Positions 46,201-53,674 of a DNA stretch of 57,308 bases are shown here, piece after piece. The position numbers and the translations under genes were made by a program. The first letter of the stretch is position 1. Every line of letters starts with the position of its first letter. Location of the stretch: positions 1 to 57,308 of IMG/VR virus record IMGVR_UViG_3300006224_000012, one strand, 5' to 3'. The notes beneath the pieces are model-generated. The model saw only the letters and a program-made list of their open reading frames with translations. It searched no databases and was not told where the DNA came from. This stretch comes from a virus. Lineage: Duplodnaviria; Caudoviricetes.

Positions 46201-46372
46201 CAAAGGCTCTAGCTATAATGCCGAGTCTAGGGGTGATGTTATCTACAACCCCCATAGTTACAGTTGTCTTATAATTAGCATTAAGACCTTGCAGATTTCT
46301 CTGCAATATTCTTGCCTGTGCAGAGGCTCTGTCTTTTAAAGAAACAATTAATTTGTATTCTCTATCAGCTAT
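37202..46372 (-). CDS. Tape measure protein with internal zincin-like and ParB-like cargo and a C-terminal Zn-peptidase-like domain
   Basis: FAKETPF...LGDMASA tape-measure motif; long coiled coils; HEIGH; LADGNHR; HPVGLAAD...YIIWNNRI...HEDHVHVS. Frame is open 22 codons upstream of the listed TTG to an ATA behind GGGAGG. Confidence 0.9.
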   Translation of the reverse strand: MADREYKLIVSLKDRASAQARILQRNLQGLNANYKTTVTMGVVDNITPRLGIIARAFDAIRLRKVVDVSDSDVNKVGRLKNLISGIFNSGDGKRWYDKTFGYLDSLAKKADKWATIFVGAFAAAGAVGAIAAIGAGIPIIGKNLVKVNSEMETWTVSLQTTLHSLTAAKKEMADIVQFAKETPFQIKQITEAVVKLSAYNMDTKKWLKPLGDMASAFGRDITDAVEAAADAMTGMFRRALSYGIKMERADFKAGGKYAGMTYADAFLMEVEKRFSGGMLLQSQTLKGLWSNIKDALYIGFQQATAPAYALIKNEVKKLYDVLSDAATQQKIVDFFSKFSDLLYKVIGAVHNFYNYFKAHLLPMLLALGKTSWSIFQVVAQMAKDLLEHTLVPLLTVVSEVITLFARLLGVIQPVLKYLIMIGVAVKIFQLLNLHVSKTATSMVAAGKATSVFAASMKMLATRVAVLAASFAALWVISSWLEVRDNIKEIGNAFDDAAGGAGRLKEYLQDLGDVSGFSLKDMTKAAMVAKEYGDNMTNALEIGTAAAAEAQKGFAPNLNLPPEEAVRLVSELSKAMIRNGDTQAEMRKKTLEAAGALIYFQNNVDKTGVTFNNFSTNMERYSEVVRMYGDNISELTDLITLYGKAMKEANESTNISPLMEAIEMLMHPTTDMLLTLPIDTWISHTTDQLKDMEYVLNNMVPPELMQEGREVERMEFIKSMKDKALYIEELMKEAGKGGETIAQAGKTMVDDARQVRDYMKEAADYAKLSLTGPSATARQILETQQSGLPIAPAVGKTLGTKAAEESYDDVASAIITSAGILAATYTAFKILNKTTIKIAGYVKQTAVDQYRIRTEPIVAARVAKMLAKQPEVPEWEQMMNLRGAGNVRWARLEARRTAQSYPKDMTKRIEYSMKQQTQAIEDLGKKRIAKLEKQLEKANANLAKLYKRSSESFKPLTARWTGTMWIDEITEEIETQMLRMMDEVAGPVEPFYGGMLDRIKGVVAQQQLVRRQFSNLRNLKEDDIEKAVLKYSKERLGYGKIIKPGYETEDYFIAKRKEIRIATMKVEEAETALALARNDITRQIQELQKAHLELVDAIKNKHVPAHMRSFADSIVDLTKDLKEAYKDLNAFSKKAPTAAKAVPSTGRRIIGSSIITGLLDAPAWRNIGALFTRGFNLKNARTTTVSAERIMGDIDATRDIELAKSRVFTLTVMRAWTKHVVAPLKQVFGFSNITKGIKGQGGAISLEPLAVIVDKVTGAFKRLYKEQGGYIRFGDEFEVTQDLIDLREKAKDFFGKTQVKTDMGGYLRLTNPKMPLTMKDFLAENGKLSKSFGNLVDKIARLNLVFKGGYGGSIYKRVVTFEEDFDTLFEHLSTLGHEIGHDLERGTVKQLGQPRRPRIDYSLDWEEREAKYTADLARYERQYKAWDKSLTRGTQSALGRMRINIGKLDEEILKDAVRTQEVLEQEIALLRQEQQAWKAGYNIFKKAAANTPELTRQFAVDAVKSYGGYFSAVVKHFVAAGKSGRDIPRELRPTVLARNIMDRGGLQNEPLPQYRTPTGVRVKPFKLTPVDTIPQKMIAQLKNLLKDERGAIGLGKEAKLTPAIEKLEKTLTEISSKQGFIMGKVPPDFAVRASTQIAPDNLLGEWQREGWVTTIFGKNIAVDRENVNNIIKTLEKGQKIEKRILLEIDSIGNIRLADGNHRTIAAYEKGVKELKVEFRKDYAGRVLSRGGVFPGELPSVLELKGTSLGDRLLRLFKDEKGAISLKGIESIFTKLTDTTQKLNETLKGLTSTIKESITKLPSILTPGGRAAREMGAMFAPEAEIFGKFLKPLREVAEEADIFGLIGKDAERFFSTGAKDIFVPAVENAAKIAATQAAEAAVRTSFGEVFPKGLGALMKTAPMKAVGAATAVTIPIDILRLIQWGYGGKEKFQQAYMGENYENPAARAAEDVKVAFMTGLSDAIGGFSTAFLAAVPALVVPQVRGFFVDQLEMGAKAFLDMIKAPQEILYEAFAEQLRLTMHEKELEKIAEWKQTHQEEYYQNLENLYIQNVKNMPEGFLKFEKQLGILIAKAAGTELSAYEQGQRAAQRTKLGLPITAEEALRGPAYQAPQPSFQEQVYAQREAQRQAQRELPNIPGTNYNMEQAIELLKEYDAAYKKLNITIEEQTAKSQELEIQIGNLNHEIQGLTLELNNATSIMSRISGVWDLMEAINETQLFSDSTLALESEVARLNVRLAEQRSALQPLQERLHAVTSQFDRVSEKISKAQEDLDNFLNPKIAGEGVYQDQLFAIDKQLNALQRKRLDLTLYLRSLEEAGLGNTDIYRQAAAPLQAIDDEIAKLQNDRDKIELDRKIATQDIVHWLEKERDTREEMNESEIKAGVRKAKAVLAANKPLLEMYKRQKEAIEEQIRRQEESIQRTEDHIARHQNELDLINAKVTADNAEVTAMKKKAEWQKRIADLTGQINDSQMVAAAYAYASGTMSKEQFQSLYSVYVQAANKAAQLTAEIEGKQGEVAKATFDKDTIDRLLSENQSAASELQAKIVGLTDAINALVAGVSVKGLAGTTQEALENVFGKGVAAKIDLMVGYLAEAAGRPIPPGINMGSATQKLATAHAEQAVSDAYAGKVPFSEGWSNAKTGVADAGHAAEIAAGKFANVNAVIATTKDTVSTSNTTMTESGRKLVEAWQRAYANMATSNTKLDTSNATTSKNASAQFLAMQARLNELDKTAATTMPSVNKSVQTGIGAAASANVGAFYTLGRNILNTFAKGLGYTIPTGIGAGTSGGVRAGGEGQSLPNVTQLAGGPGQMMQNVLSDILNRSNLSNYITMFPNYPVNTGNVNTNKTYEPGHLQPEAGMVIEALKNAFGPISYGGRASRTGGYVSQHPVGLAADLFSNKSKMDQYANWLAANFNTLKLRYIIWNNRITSSGARGWRAYTPPAGKPNTPTWRHEDHVHVSVKDWIPGDPYVQRFHSGGITPGARFQESLALLRGQEAVVPLESGAIPVKITKSDNETIINNYFDSGAFNFEVRNDKELEELKAFLLKLLNNQNPYKFSPFNA

Positions 46373-46644
46373 TTTTTCCTCCCTTTCGTTGCGCCAGATT
46401 TAATCTTTGCTGCCATTTCTGCTTTCTTACGTTCCATTTCAGTCATCTTACCTTCAAGACTTTGTATGGTTCTCAAATCTCGCATAAATACCGGGTCTTG
46501 GTCTAACGTTCCACCTGCTTTTGGAAGTACATTTGTTAACTTCCAATCTATCCATTGTCGAACAGAGGGCAGGAGCGGATATTCTCCGTACTCCTGCCCC
46601 TGTAATAGTGCTAATACTTGGTCTTCTAGAATTACGCTAAAGGG
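46369..46644 (-). CDS. Tail assembly chaperone -1 frameshift extension (gpGT-like)
   Basis: Slippery C-CCT-TTA at 46644-46638; -1 frame open about 90 codons, contains LPKAGGTLDQDP, ends at the tape measure start. Confidence 0.8.
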   Translation of the reverse strand, partial: PFSVILEDQVLALLQGQEYGEYPLLPSVRQWIDWKLTNVLPKAGGTLDQDPVFMRDLRTIQSLEGKMTEMERKKAEMAAKIKSGATKGRKK

Positions 46645-47081
46645 ACTGATTTCCCATCAGCAACTATAACCTTGTCCCCCTCATCTTCTTCTTCACTCTT
46701 TAGAATTGGGTTTTTGTCATAAATGTCATCAACCCAAACCCTAACAATCTCTGGGGGTAGCTTCTTAATGTTGTTCGGTGTAACAGCCAATACTTTGTTA
46801 TCTTCTCCAATAACATTCCAGTTAACAATTAGATTCTCAACTAGAAATGCTCTTGTAGTTCCCAACATCATATCGACTTCTGCTTTATCGTCTTCCTTAC
46901 CTTTTTTCCTAGCGTTCGCTAATTTAACTGTTGAAGTCAAATCAACAAACTTCTGGTAGTCAGCTTCGGTCATTTTGCGATGCTCAAACCAAGTCTTGTC
47001 TCCTTCTGCTTCATCTTTCTCCCACGGTAAATAAACTCGAAATGTTTCAGGTGCGTTTGTTACATAAATTTTTTGAGCCAT
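46632..47081 (-). CDS. Tail assembly chaperone (gpG-like)
   Basis: Between tail tube and tape measure; IVNWNV...IKKLP. Confidence 0.8.
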   Translation of the reverse strand: MAQKIYVTNAPETFRVYLPWEKDEAEGDKTWFEHRKMTEADYQKFVDLTSTVKLANARKKGKEDDKAEVDMMLGTTRAFLVENLIVNWNVIGEDNKVLAVTPNNIKKLPPEIVRVWVDDIYDKNPILKSEEEDEGDKVIVADGKSVPLA

Positions 47082-47097
47082 TTTTAAATTCCTCCTA

Positions 47098-48099
47098 TTA
47101 CTTCCAAGTGACGGTTACAATTTCGCCTACTGATGGTGCAAGTACAATACCAGTATTTGCGACTACGATTCTACCAGATGTAAGGGTTACAGGCAACCCA
47201 CCAAACATAACACGGGGAAATACAAATTTAACATACTGAGTTGCAGATGCAAATAATTGTGCGTTCATGAGGGTAATTTCTACATCGTCTTCAAAGAGAC
47301 TATACCCAGGATAAGTAGCGTTGTCTGCACCATAAGTATATTTTTCATAATCGTCTTCACTAGTGAAGACCTGATTAAAGTTCAGGTCAAATGTCCTAGA
47401 ACCTTCAGTTACTCCATTAAGGAATCGGGAAGGATGTACGGTATATTCATCATTAGAGAGATTGTTATTAATAGCAATCTCTGCTGACTCCATATTATCG
47501 TACTGAGTACCATTAATCTTAATTAATCCACCGTGGAATGCTAATAAATCGTCCGAAGTATAGGAAGGAGTTTCTGCATCACCGGAACTAATCTTACGTT
47601 CCATTGCAACTACCCACTCGGAAGTGTATGTTGCAATCTCACCCTGGTTTACTGAAATAGTTAAGCTATTAACTTTACCATTTACAAGGTGGAGATACAG
47701 AGTATCACCAACATTCTTTTCAATAGTATACCAAGCCTGATAATCCGTAGGAGTAATGGTTGTAACACCAGTTGAACCATCGGCTGTACAATCAGTACTT
47801 GACAGAGCCATTTCTAGTAACATACCAAGGTCAGTAGAACGAGCATAACCACCAAAACCGCCTGCAATACCATAACCACCGGCTACAGCACCACTACGGT
47901 CACGACCTCTACCAATCTCATTATCTGCCGTTAGTGGGTTATTCTCAGACGCAAAACTTTCAGACGTAATAACGAAGAAGGTATCAATGGTGGTAGCATA
48001 AGAAGTAACATAGTTAACGTCAGTAACATTAGCTTCAGTAGTCCAAGCTGTCTGCTTACCTATACCTAGATGACCAACTAAACCTGTAATTGTTGTCAT
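47098..48099 (-). CDS. Major tail tube protein
   Basis: GHLGIGKQTAW.T; YTIEKNVG; VNSLTIS; IAINNNL; synteny; strong SD. Confidence 0.85.
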   Translation of the reverse strand: MTTITGLVGHLGIGKQTAWTTEANVTDVNYVTSYATTIDTFFVITSESFASENNPLTADNEIGRGRDRSGAVAGGYGIAGGFGGYARSTDLGMLLEMALSSTDCTADGSTGVTTITPTDYQAWYTIEKNVGDTLYLHLVNGKVNSLTISVNQGEIATYTSEWVVAMERKISSGDAETPSYTSDDLLAFHGGLIKINGTQYDNMESAEIAINNNLSNDEYTVHPSRFLNGVTEGSRTFDLNFNQVFTSEDDYEKYTYGADNATYPGYSLFEDDVEITLMNAQLFASATQYVKFVFPRVMFGGLPVTLTSGRIVVANTGIVLAPSVGEIVTVTWK

Positions 48100-48127
48100 T
48101 TAAGTTATTCACCCCCTTTCGCTATTC

Positions 48128-48586
48128 TTAAATTTCTGCCGTTTGAACTGTGAACTCTATGAGAACTGCTGCGTCATAGTTATTTGTAGTACCTGAGCGA
48201 GAATACCTTATGCGTCTTATATAACTATTCCATATGCTCTCATTAGTATTATTATCGGCTAATCCACTTAATCGTTTATTTGATTTGAGTGTCGCTATAA
48301 TTCTATCGACAATTGTATCTCGTTGGATTAACATTTCCCCATAATCAGAGCCAAAAACCATCACCATTATAAAAACTGTATACTCTCTATTCTGAAGGGC
48401 GTTAGGAGATATTTGTTCCTCTGTACTAGCTATCTCATCCACAAACACCACAATTCGGGGGAAGTCATTAGGCTCCCAATTTCTCATATAGGAGTCAATT
48501 CCCTGCACTAAATACGTATCAACATTGTCAATACAAGCAGCAGTTAGTAGGTCAGTTATTTTCTGTTCTATTTGTGATACTATCAT
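48128..48586 (-). CDS. Tail terminator-like protein
   Basis: 152 aa; FPRIVVF; position before the tail tube. Confidence 0.6.
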   Translation of the reverse strand: MIVSQIEQKITDLLTAACIDNVDTYLVQGIDSYMRNWEPNDFPRIVVFVDEIASTEEQISPNALQNREYTVFIMVMVFGSDYGEMLIQRDTIVDRIIATLKSNKRLSGLADNNTNESIWNSYIRRIRYSRSGTTNNYDAAVLIEFTVQTAEI

Positions 48587-49332
48587 CTAAACCCCATTAA
48601 GTTATCCATATGATTTTGAAATATTTCATTTATGTCGCTTCTTTCTTCCCATGTCAAATCTTCTTCTTTGGTGGGAATCATTTTTCTATCTGGCATAGGA
48701 AAGTCAGTCCCTAATTGATGCCAATAGAATAGCTTTCGTCTAAATTCATTCTCAATGTTCTGTCCACTAATTACCATACGATAGCCACCTTCCTCTTCTT
48801 CTACTGATACCATATGATGTGATTTTACTTCTTTGAATAATCCTCCATATGGCCTAAGCATACCCCCTTCTTCTGCCCCCTTTGAATAGGGTCTATCAAT
48901 TGAGTTTCTCCATCTAATAGTACTTGAAGCTAATTGCTGCCAAGCACTCCTTGGATTTACTGCTTCTTCTTTAAATATTCTTGGAACTACATTATCCGTA
49001 ATATAGTATCCTATTTCTTTTAGGGCTTTTTGTATTTCATCATCTGGATGCTCTATTTTTCTTAGGTCTTCTATTAATAAATCTCTATCTAGCTCACTAA
49101 TTTTTATGATGGTGTGTGCGCCAAACCATTCAGTTTTTAAGCCTAATCCTGGAATCCATACACGACGAACAGGCTCGGGAATGTAGTCATAAAAGTCATC
49201 CATCTTCGCAACGAACTTTTCAAAATGCCGTTTAATAGAGGGCTGTTCGTTAAAAGGCAATCCCTTTATAAATCTAAAAGGATTTCCTGGAAGAAATCTA
49301 CCTTTATCATCCCGAAACCGTGCCCAAGCCAT
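48583..49332 (-). CDS. Neck / virion morphogenesis protein
   Basis: WQQLASSTI...HQLGT..MPDRKMI pattern; synteny. Confidence 0.65.
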   Translation of the reverse strand: MAWARFRDDKGRFLPGNPFRFIKGLPFNEQPSIKRHFEKFVAKMDDFYDYIPEPVRRVWIPGLGLKTEWFGAHTIIKISELDRDLLIEDLRKIEHPDDEIQKALKEIGYYITDNVVPRIFKEEAVNPRSAWQQLASSTIRWRNSIDRPYSKGAEEGGMLRPYGGLFKEVKSHHMVSVEEEEGGYRMVISGQNIENEFRRKLFYWHQLGTDFPMPDRKMIPTKEEDLTWEERSDINEIFQNHMDNLMGFR

Positions 49333-49805
49333 TAGCTAGTCCAATCTCCTGCTGGGTCGTCTGCTCTAGGAACTAAGTATCCTGTATCAAGACTCCTTAT
49401 AACTAAGTCTCCAATAATTATATCACCAGAACCTTCATCAATTAAGCCTAATGTAGCAAGTTCTTCTTTCAGGAGTTTAATCATTTCTACTGCCTTACTA
49501 AAAAGTACATTAGTTCTTTGGTTGATTGAAGAATAGGACGAGTAAGCATTTCCCCCTACCTGCATATCAAATCTATTAGCGTGGTCGGCTGCTTTAGCCC
49601 ACCAATATTCTATTGCAGAGTAAATAGTTACTGCATATTTATAGTTATCAGGGACAGAATCAAAAGCATCCCAAGGGGTAGCATAGTCTCTAGAGACAAG
49701 ATAAGCGCCAGTATCTAAGAAGCCCAGAATTCGTGTATTATCCCACGGATTATTATCCTCCATCTGGCCGGTTTTTTGTATGAATATTTGATTATAATTT
49801 ACCAT
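49332..49805 (-). CDS. Head-tail adaptor
   Basis: 157-aa helical protein downstream of the capsid gene. Confidence 0.55.
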   Translation of the reverse strand: MVNYNQIFIQKTGQMEDNNPWDNTRILGFLDTGAYLVSRDYATPWDAFDSVPDNYKYAVTIYSAIEYWWAKAADHANRFDMQVGGNAYSSYSSINQRTNVLFSKAVEMIKLLKEELATLGLIDEGSGDIIIGDLVIRSLDTGYLVPRADDPAGDWTS

Positions 49806-50110
49806 ATATCCTTTATCTTAGGTTGTTGTTTATTTTTTAATAGAAAATCTCTCATTTCTAATGGTACTTTTTGTGGTTTTCCTTTGGTAAAGTAATACCA
49901 AGTCCCACCAAACGAGCTTTTAAAACTTCTAAGTGGAATTACTTCCACACTTGTATCTCTTTTTGGAATTTCATCAACTTGCATCGGTTCAAAGCCAAAG
50001 GCTTTTTCAATTTCATCTTCAATAGTCTCGGATTCGGTTTTTTCTAGTTCTTCTATGCTGTTCTTAGCAGCTTCCTCATCTGTAATTATTGCCTTTTTAG
50101 CATTAGTCAT
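49799..50110 (-). CDS. Hypothetical head-associated protein
   Basis: 103 aa; AGGAGG SD; directly after the capsid gene. Confidence 0.6.
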   Translation of the reverse strand: MTNAKKAIITDEEAAKNSIEELEKTESETIEDEIEKAFGFEPMQVDEIPKRDTSVEVIPLRSFKSSFGGTWYYFTKGKPQKVPLEMRDFLLKNKQQPKIKDIW

Positions 50111-50130
50111 TAATCCTCCTTCACGTAATT

Positions 50131-50172
50131 AAAAATACAGGGGGCAGTTACTAAAGTTTAGCACTTGCCCCC
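50131..50172 (-). terminator. Terminator after the major capsid gene
   Basis: GGGGGCA...TGCCCCC stem followed by TGTATTTTT. Confidence 0.65.
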
Positions 50173-50194
50173 ATTTTTTGTCAACTCTTTTTGA

Positions 50195-51115
50195 TTAAGC
50201 TGTTTTAATACCTACGATAGCGTCTTCATCAATAACACCATAACCAAAGATAGAGTACCATGCCAAGTCGCGTTCACGACCGAAATCTACAACACCGTTA
50301 TCACGCATTTCAACTGGTAGAGCTACGGCTTTACCGAAGGCCCCATCGCCAAGCATAAGTGCGGAATAAACATTCACAGGAGTAGCAGCAGCGTTAGCAT
50401 CAATACTCACCTGCGTAGTTTCAATAAAGATAACGTCATCAATACGACCAATCTCCCCATTGTATAGACGTTGAGGGTCAAGCTTTGCAACTGTAATCCA
50501 GTCATCATCATCACGAAGATTACGACTCTGATGAGGATGTACGAAACATACCCAATGGTCATTAGCAATTTTACGAGCGTTGTTAGTAGCAAGGATTTCA
50601 ACTGCATCCTTAACTTCTTCAACAGTCATGAAATCAGTAGCGCCAATAGCGTCTACGTTAGCAGCATCATTAGCAAATACTGTAGAGCCGTCACCATTTT
50701 CTATTACGTCCCGAGCTAAACCATCAATCACTTTAGCGTAATCCTGACCAAGTAGTTTAGCGGTATCAGCCATAACATCCGTAAAGGCGGTAACTAGTAA
50801 CATATTAGACACGGCAACTGCATTACCATATTCGTATACGGAAATGCTAATCTGCGAACCGGCGAGAGCCTGAGTATCGAGAGGCGTACCTTCTGTTAAA
50901 ATCCCACCAGCGGTTAAGTTATTATACTTGAAGAAAGTAATGGTTTTACCGGGGGTTGCATTTAGGTCAGTTTTAATCTGTGCAAACTGGTCAAATCTTA
51001 GGACTGGCTGAGCCTGGAACATGATATCTTTAGAATAAATAGTAAGAACTACCTCGGGTAGCTTTACATTTGTCCCTGCGGTTGCAGCCAGAGCAGTAGT
51101 AAGATAAGAAGTCAT
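50195..51115 (-). CDS. Major capsid protein, N4-gp56-like
   Basis: AQPVLRFDQFA; PGKTITFFKY; LTEG; EYGNAV; FVHPHQSRNLRDD; GEIGRIDDVIFIET; DFGRERDLAWY. Confidence 0.9.
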   Translation of the reverse strand: MTSYLTTALAATAGTNVKLPEVVLTIYSKDIMFQAQPVLRFDQFAQIKTDLNATPGKTITFFKYNNLTAGGILTEGTPLDTQALAGSQISISVYEYGNAVAVSNMLLVTAFTDVMADTAKLLGQDYAKVIDGLARDVIENGDGSTVFANDAANVDAIGATDFMTVEEVKDAVEILATNNARKIANDHWVCFVHPHQSRNLRDDDDWITVAKLDPQRLYNGEIGRIDDVIFIETTQVSIDANAAATPVNVYSALMLGDGAFGKAVALPVEMRDNGVVDFGRERDLAWYSIFGYGVIDEDAIVGIKTA

Positions 51116-51142
51116 TCTATTTGTTCACCCCCTTTCATATTT

Positions 51143-51835
51143 TTAAATCTGTTGTTTTAGTGCGTCCTCCAAGAACTTATCCCTAACTTTTTCCCATTCC
51201 TTCGGGTCACTAATCTTGTCTATCTGAGCTTTAGAAGGACTTGCATTTAAATTCGCACTAGACGGACTTAAACCACTTCCTACAGCTTCTTTTTTAGTTT
51301 CGGCTTTAACTTTAGCTAAGGCTTTCTCGGTGATGCTAAGGTATTCTCTATGTGCATTTTCGGCACTTTGCCTTAATTCCTCAAGCGTATTTCCACCAAT
51401 CATCGAAGGGATAATTTCATCCTTATACTGTGCCAGTAATCTTTCTTTTTCTAGTTCCAATTGAAGAGTACTAATCTGCTTAGTAGCACTCTGAACAATC
51501 TCACCCATCTGCTCCTGTAGTTTCGCATTGGACTCTTCAAGTTCTGATAGTTTCTTTGCTAACTGTTCTTCGGCGGATAGGTTCTTCTGTTCGTAGTCTT
51601 TTAGTTTTGCTTCAGAAGCTAATCTAGCTTCCTCGGCTTTTCTAGCATCTTCTTTGTACTTTTCAAAAGAATCATAGAGTTTAGCCTTTTCTTCCTTGCG
51701 GATACTCTCCGCTATTTCCTCACGTAGAGCCTTTGTTAAAGCCTCCACATTAAGTTCTTCTGATTTTACTTCGGGCTTTTCTTTAGTCTCTTCTTCTTTC
51801 TTCTGCTCAATAACATTTTCTGTTTCGTCAGCCAT
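51143..51835 (-). CDS. Capsid scaffolding protein
   Basis: Glu/Lys-rich coiled coil directly upstream of the capsid gene. Confidence 0.8.
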   Translation of the reverse strand: MADETENVIEQKKEEETKEKPEVKSEELNVEALTKALREEIAESIRKEEKAKLYDSFEKYKEDARKAEEARLASEAKLKDYEQKNLSAEEQLAKKLSELEESNAKLQEQMGEIVQSATKQISTLQLELEKERLLAQYKDEIIPSMIGGNTLEELRQSAENAHREYLSITEKALAKVKAETKKEAVGSGLSPSSANLNASPSKAQIDKISDPKEWEKVRDKFLEDALKQQI

Positions 51836-51856
51836 TTTCTTCTCCTTTCTTATATG

Positions 51857-52063
51857 TTAATCGTGCGGTCCATCCGGGTTATTAATTGCATCATAAGGAT
51901 GTTCCCAATCAATCTTATTTACGTGTATTCCCCAGGCATCAGCCTTCGCGCTATCTGAAATCTCTCCTTTAGATTTAATCTCACTAATAGCAGCATTAAA
52001 CGTAGAGGCATTACCTCCAGTTACTTTTGCTGGTTTATCTGGTTTAAAACTCCCTCTAGCCAT
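51857..52063 (-). CDS. Hypothetical 68-aa head-module protein
   Basis: GGGGGTGA SD; first gene after a putative late promoter. Confidence 0.65.
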   Translation of the reverse strand: MARGSFKPDKPAKVTGGNASTFNAAISEIKSKGEISDSAKADAWGIHVNKIDWEHPYDAINNPDGPHD

Positions 52064-52095
52064 TTCACCCCCTTTACTTATTGTTATTATTAATG

Positions 52096-52123
52096 ATATC
52101 GGTTATATAATTCTTTTTCTTTA
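52096..52123 (-). promoter_or_regulatory. Putative sigma28-like late promoter for the scaffold/capsid operon
   Basis: TAAA-N16-ACCGATAT, close to the SigD/FliA/WhiG consensus. Confidence 0.6.
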
Positions 52124-52126
52124 AAA

Positions 52127-53674
52127 CTATGACTTCTTCTGCTTCTGGTCATTGGCTACTTGCTGCCCATGTGTATTAGGATTCTTATTTGATGCTGCTC
52201 TTGCTTTACCGTAAGCGTCCTGTCCTGCTACTGGTTCAGGTTTCGGCATTAACGCTTGCTGCTGCTTTTGATACTCAAGCTGCTTCTGTTGTTCCTCTTC
52301 TTGTTCTTTATCAATTTCCTCAGTCTTAGCTTCAATGTCTTTGACTCCTAATCTCTTCATAGCTCCCCGTCTGGATTCTACTTTGATTGCCATTTCTGCG
52401 GTAAGGTCACTAATATCTAACGACCTATCTCTTGGTAGTAATGAACCATGCTCAATATCATGCTCATATAACTGTGGCTCTTTTACATTTGTGTTTACTT
52501 GGTCAATGTGTATGCCTATGTCAATGATAAGCTCATTAACTTTTTTGATTCCTTTGTCAAAATAATATCTAACGTCTTCTGATAGCTCAATTAGTGGCTC
52601 ATAAGTAATAGATAGAGCAACAGCGGAAGTGTTACTTATCTGCATTTCTGCTCCAAGAGCATCTTCTGGTATATTAGCGAGTTCATGCATCCATTGTTTA
52701 GCATCTTGAACAAACTCTCTTGCAGTTGGAATATTGCCCTCGCTGGATAAGTTCTCAACTTTAGCATTTGCTGGTAAACCTGACCAAATTTTGTTGGCTC
52801 CTTTTTCTAGCTGCCTAGCTTTAGCCCCATAAATAATGGTAATAGGCGCAGCATGATAATCAAGAATCTCGGATATGTTGGAAGTCTTTTCATTGAATAA
52901 TTTCTGGGCATCAATAATATCCTCTATTAGACCATTACCAAACTGACTCCCTGCTTTTAACTGATGAATACCGTGTACAATAAGAAGCTTGCCAATTGGA
53001 TTATCTAATATCTGTTCTTTTTCCACATTATTTTTATCGTCTAGTTCTTGAATGAAGATTTTTTCTTTGGTGTGAATCTCCCTATAAAGTTTATTGGTAA
53101 GCTCAAACTCATTTCCTTTTAGCTTGTACTCCTGATAGGGAACAACAATTACACAGAATTCCATTTCTCCTGTTTTGCCATTGTATTGAGGAAAAACATA
53201 TCTCGGGTCTATAACAGACAGCTTTAAATTCTCTGGATTTGTTTCTTCCTCTTCGTCATCGTCTGTGTCGGTGGGTAGCCATTGAACATATACGTACCAG
53301 TCACCAAAAATAGCGCCAAACTCGGCAATTTTATTGCTAATATCGGTAGCATCGTTCATCTTCCAAACATTGTTAACCCATACATCAACTCCATCGTTTC
53401 TAAGCTCCTCTGGAAAAGTCATCGTCCAGCCATTACGAAACGCAAATCTTCTCAATTTCTTTACAAAAGCTTTAGTATAATTTATTGTTACTTGGTCATA
53501 ACCTTCTGGGGCTGCAAAACTCCAATGTTTACCGTCGTAAAAATCCCAACAGTTCTGGTATTTAGCTACCCTAGAAGTATGGTCAGGTCCAAAGTTGTAA
53601 ACCTGTGCAAAGAAAGTACTTGAGAAAACTTGATAATCAAAATTTCCTGGTAGTGCGTATGTGATTTTTCTCAC
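52127..53674 (-). CDS. Portal protein (SPP1 gp6-like)
   Basis: WDFYDGKH; IFGD; VIDPRYVFP; SNTSAVAL; follows the terminase. Confidence 0.88.
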   Translation of the reverse strand: MRKITYALPGNFDYQVFSSTFFAQVYNFGPDHTSRVAKYQNCWDFYDGKHWSFAAPEGYDQVTINYTKAFVKKLRRFAFRNGWTMTFPEELRNDGVDVWVNNVWKMNDATDISNKIAEFGAIFGDWYVYVQWLPTDTDDDEEEETNPENLKLSVIDPRYVFPQYNGKTGEMEFCVIVVPYQEYKLKGNEFELTNKLYREIHTKEKIFIQELDDKNNVEKEQILDNPIGKLLIVHGIHQLKAGSQFGNGLIEDIIDAQKLFNEKTSNISEILDYHAAPITIIYGAKARQLEKGANKIWSGLPANAKVENLSSEGNIPTAREFVQDAKQWMHELANIPEDALGAEMQISNTSAVALSITYEPLIELSEDVRYYFDKGIKKVNELIIDIGIHIDQVNTNVKEPQLYEHDIEHGSLLPRDRSLDISDLTAEMAIKVESRRGAMKRLGVKDIEAKTEEIDKEQEEEQQKQLEYQKQQQALMPKPEPVAGQDAYGKARAASNKNPNTHGQQVANDQKQKKS

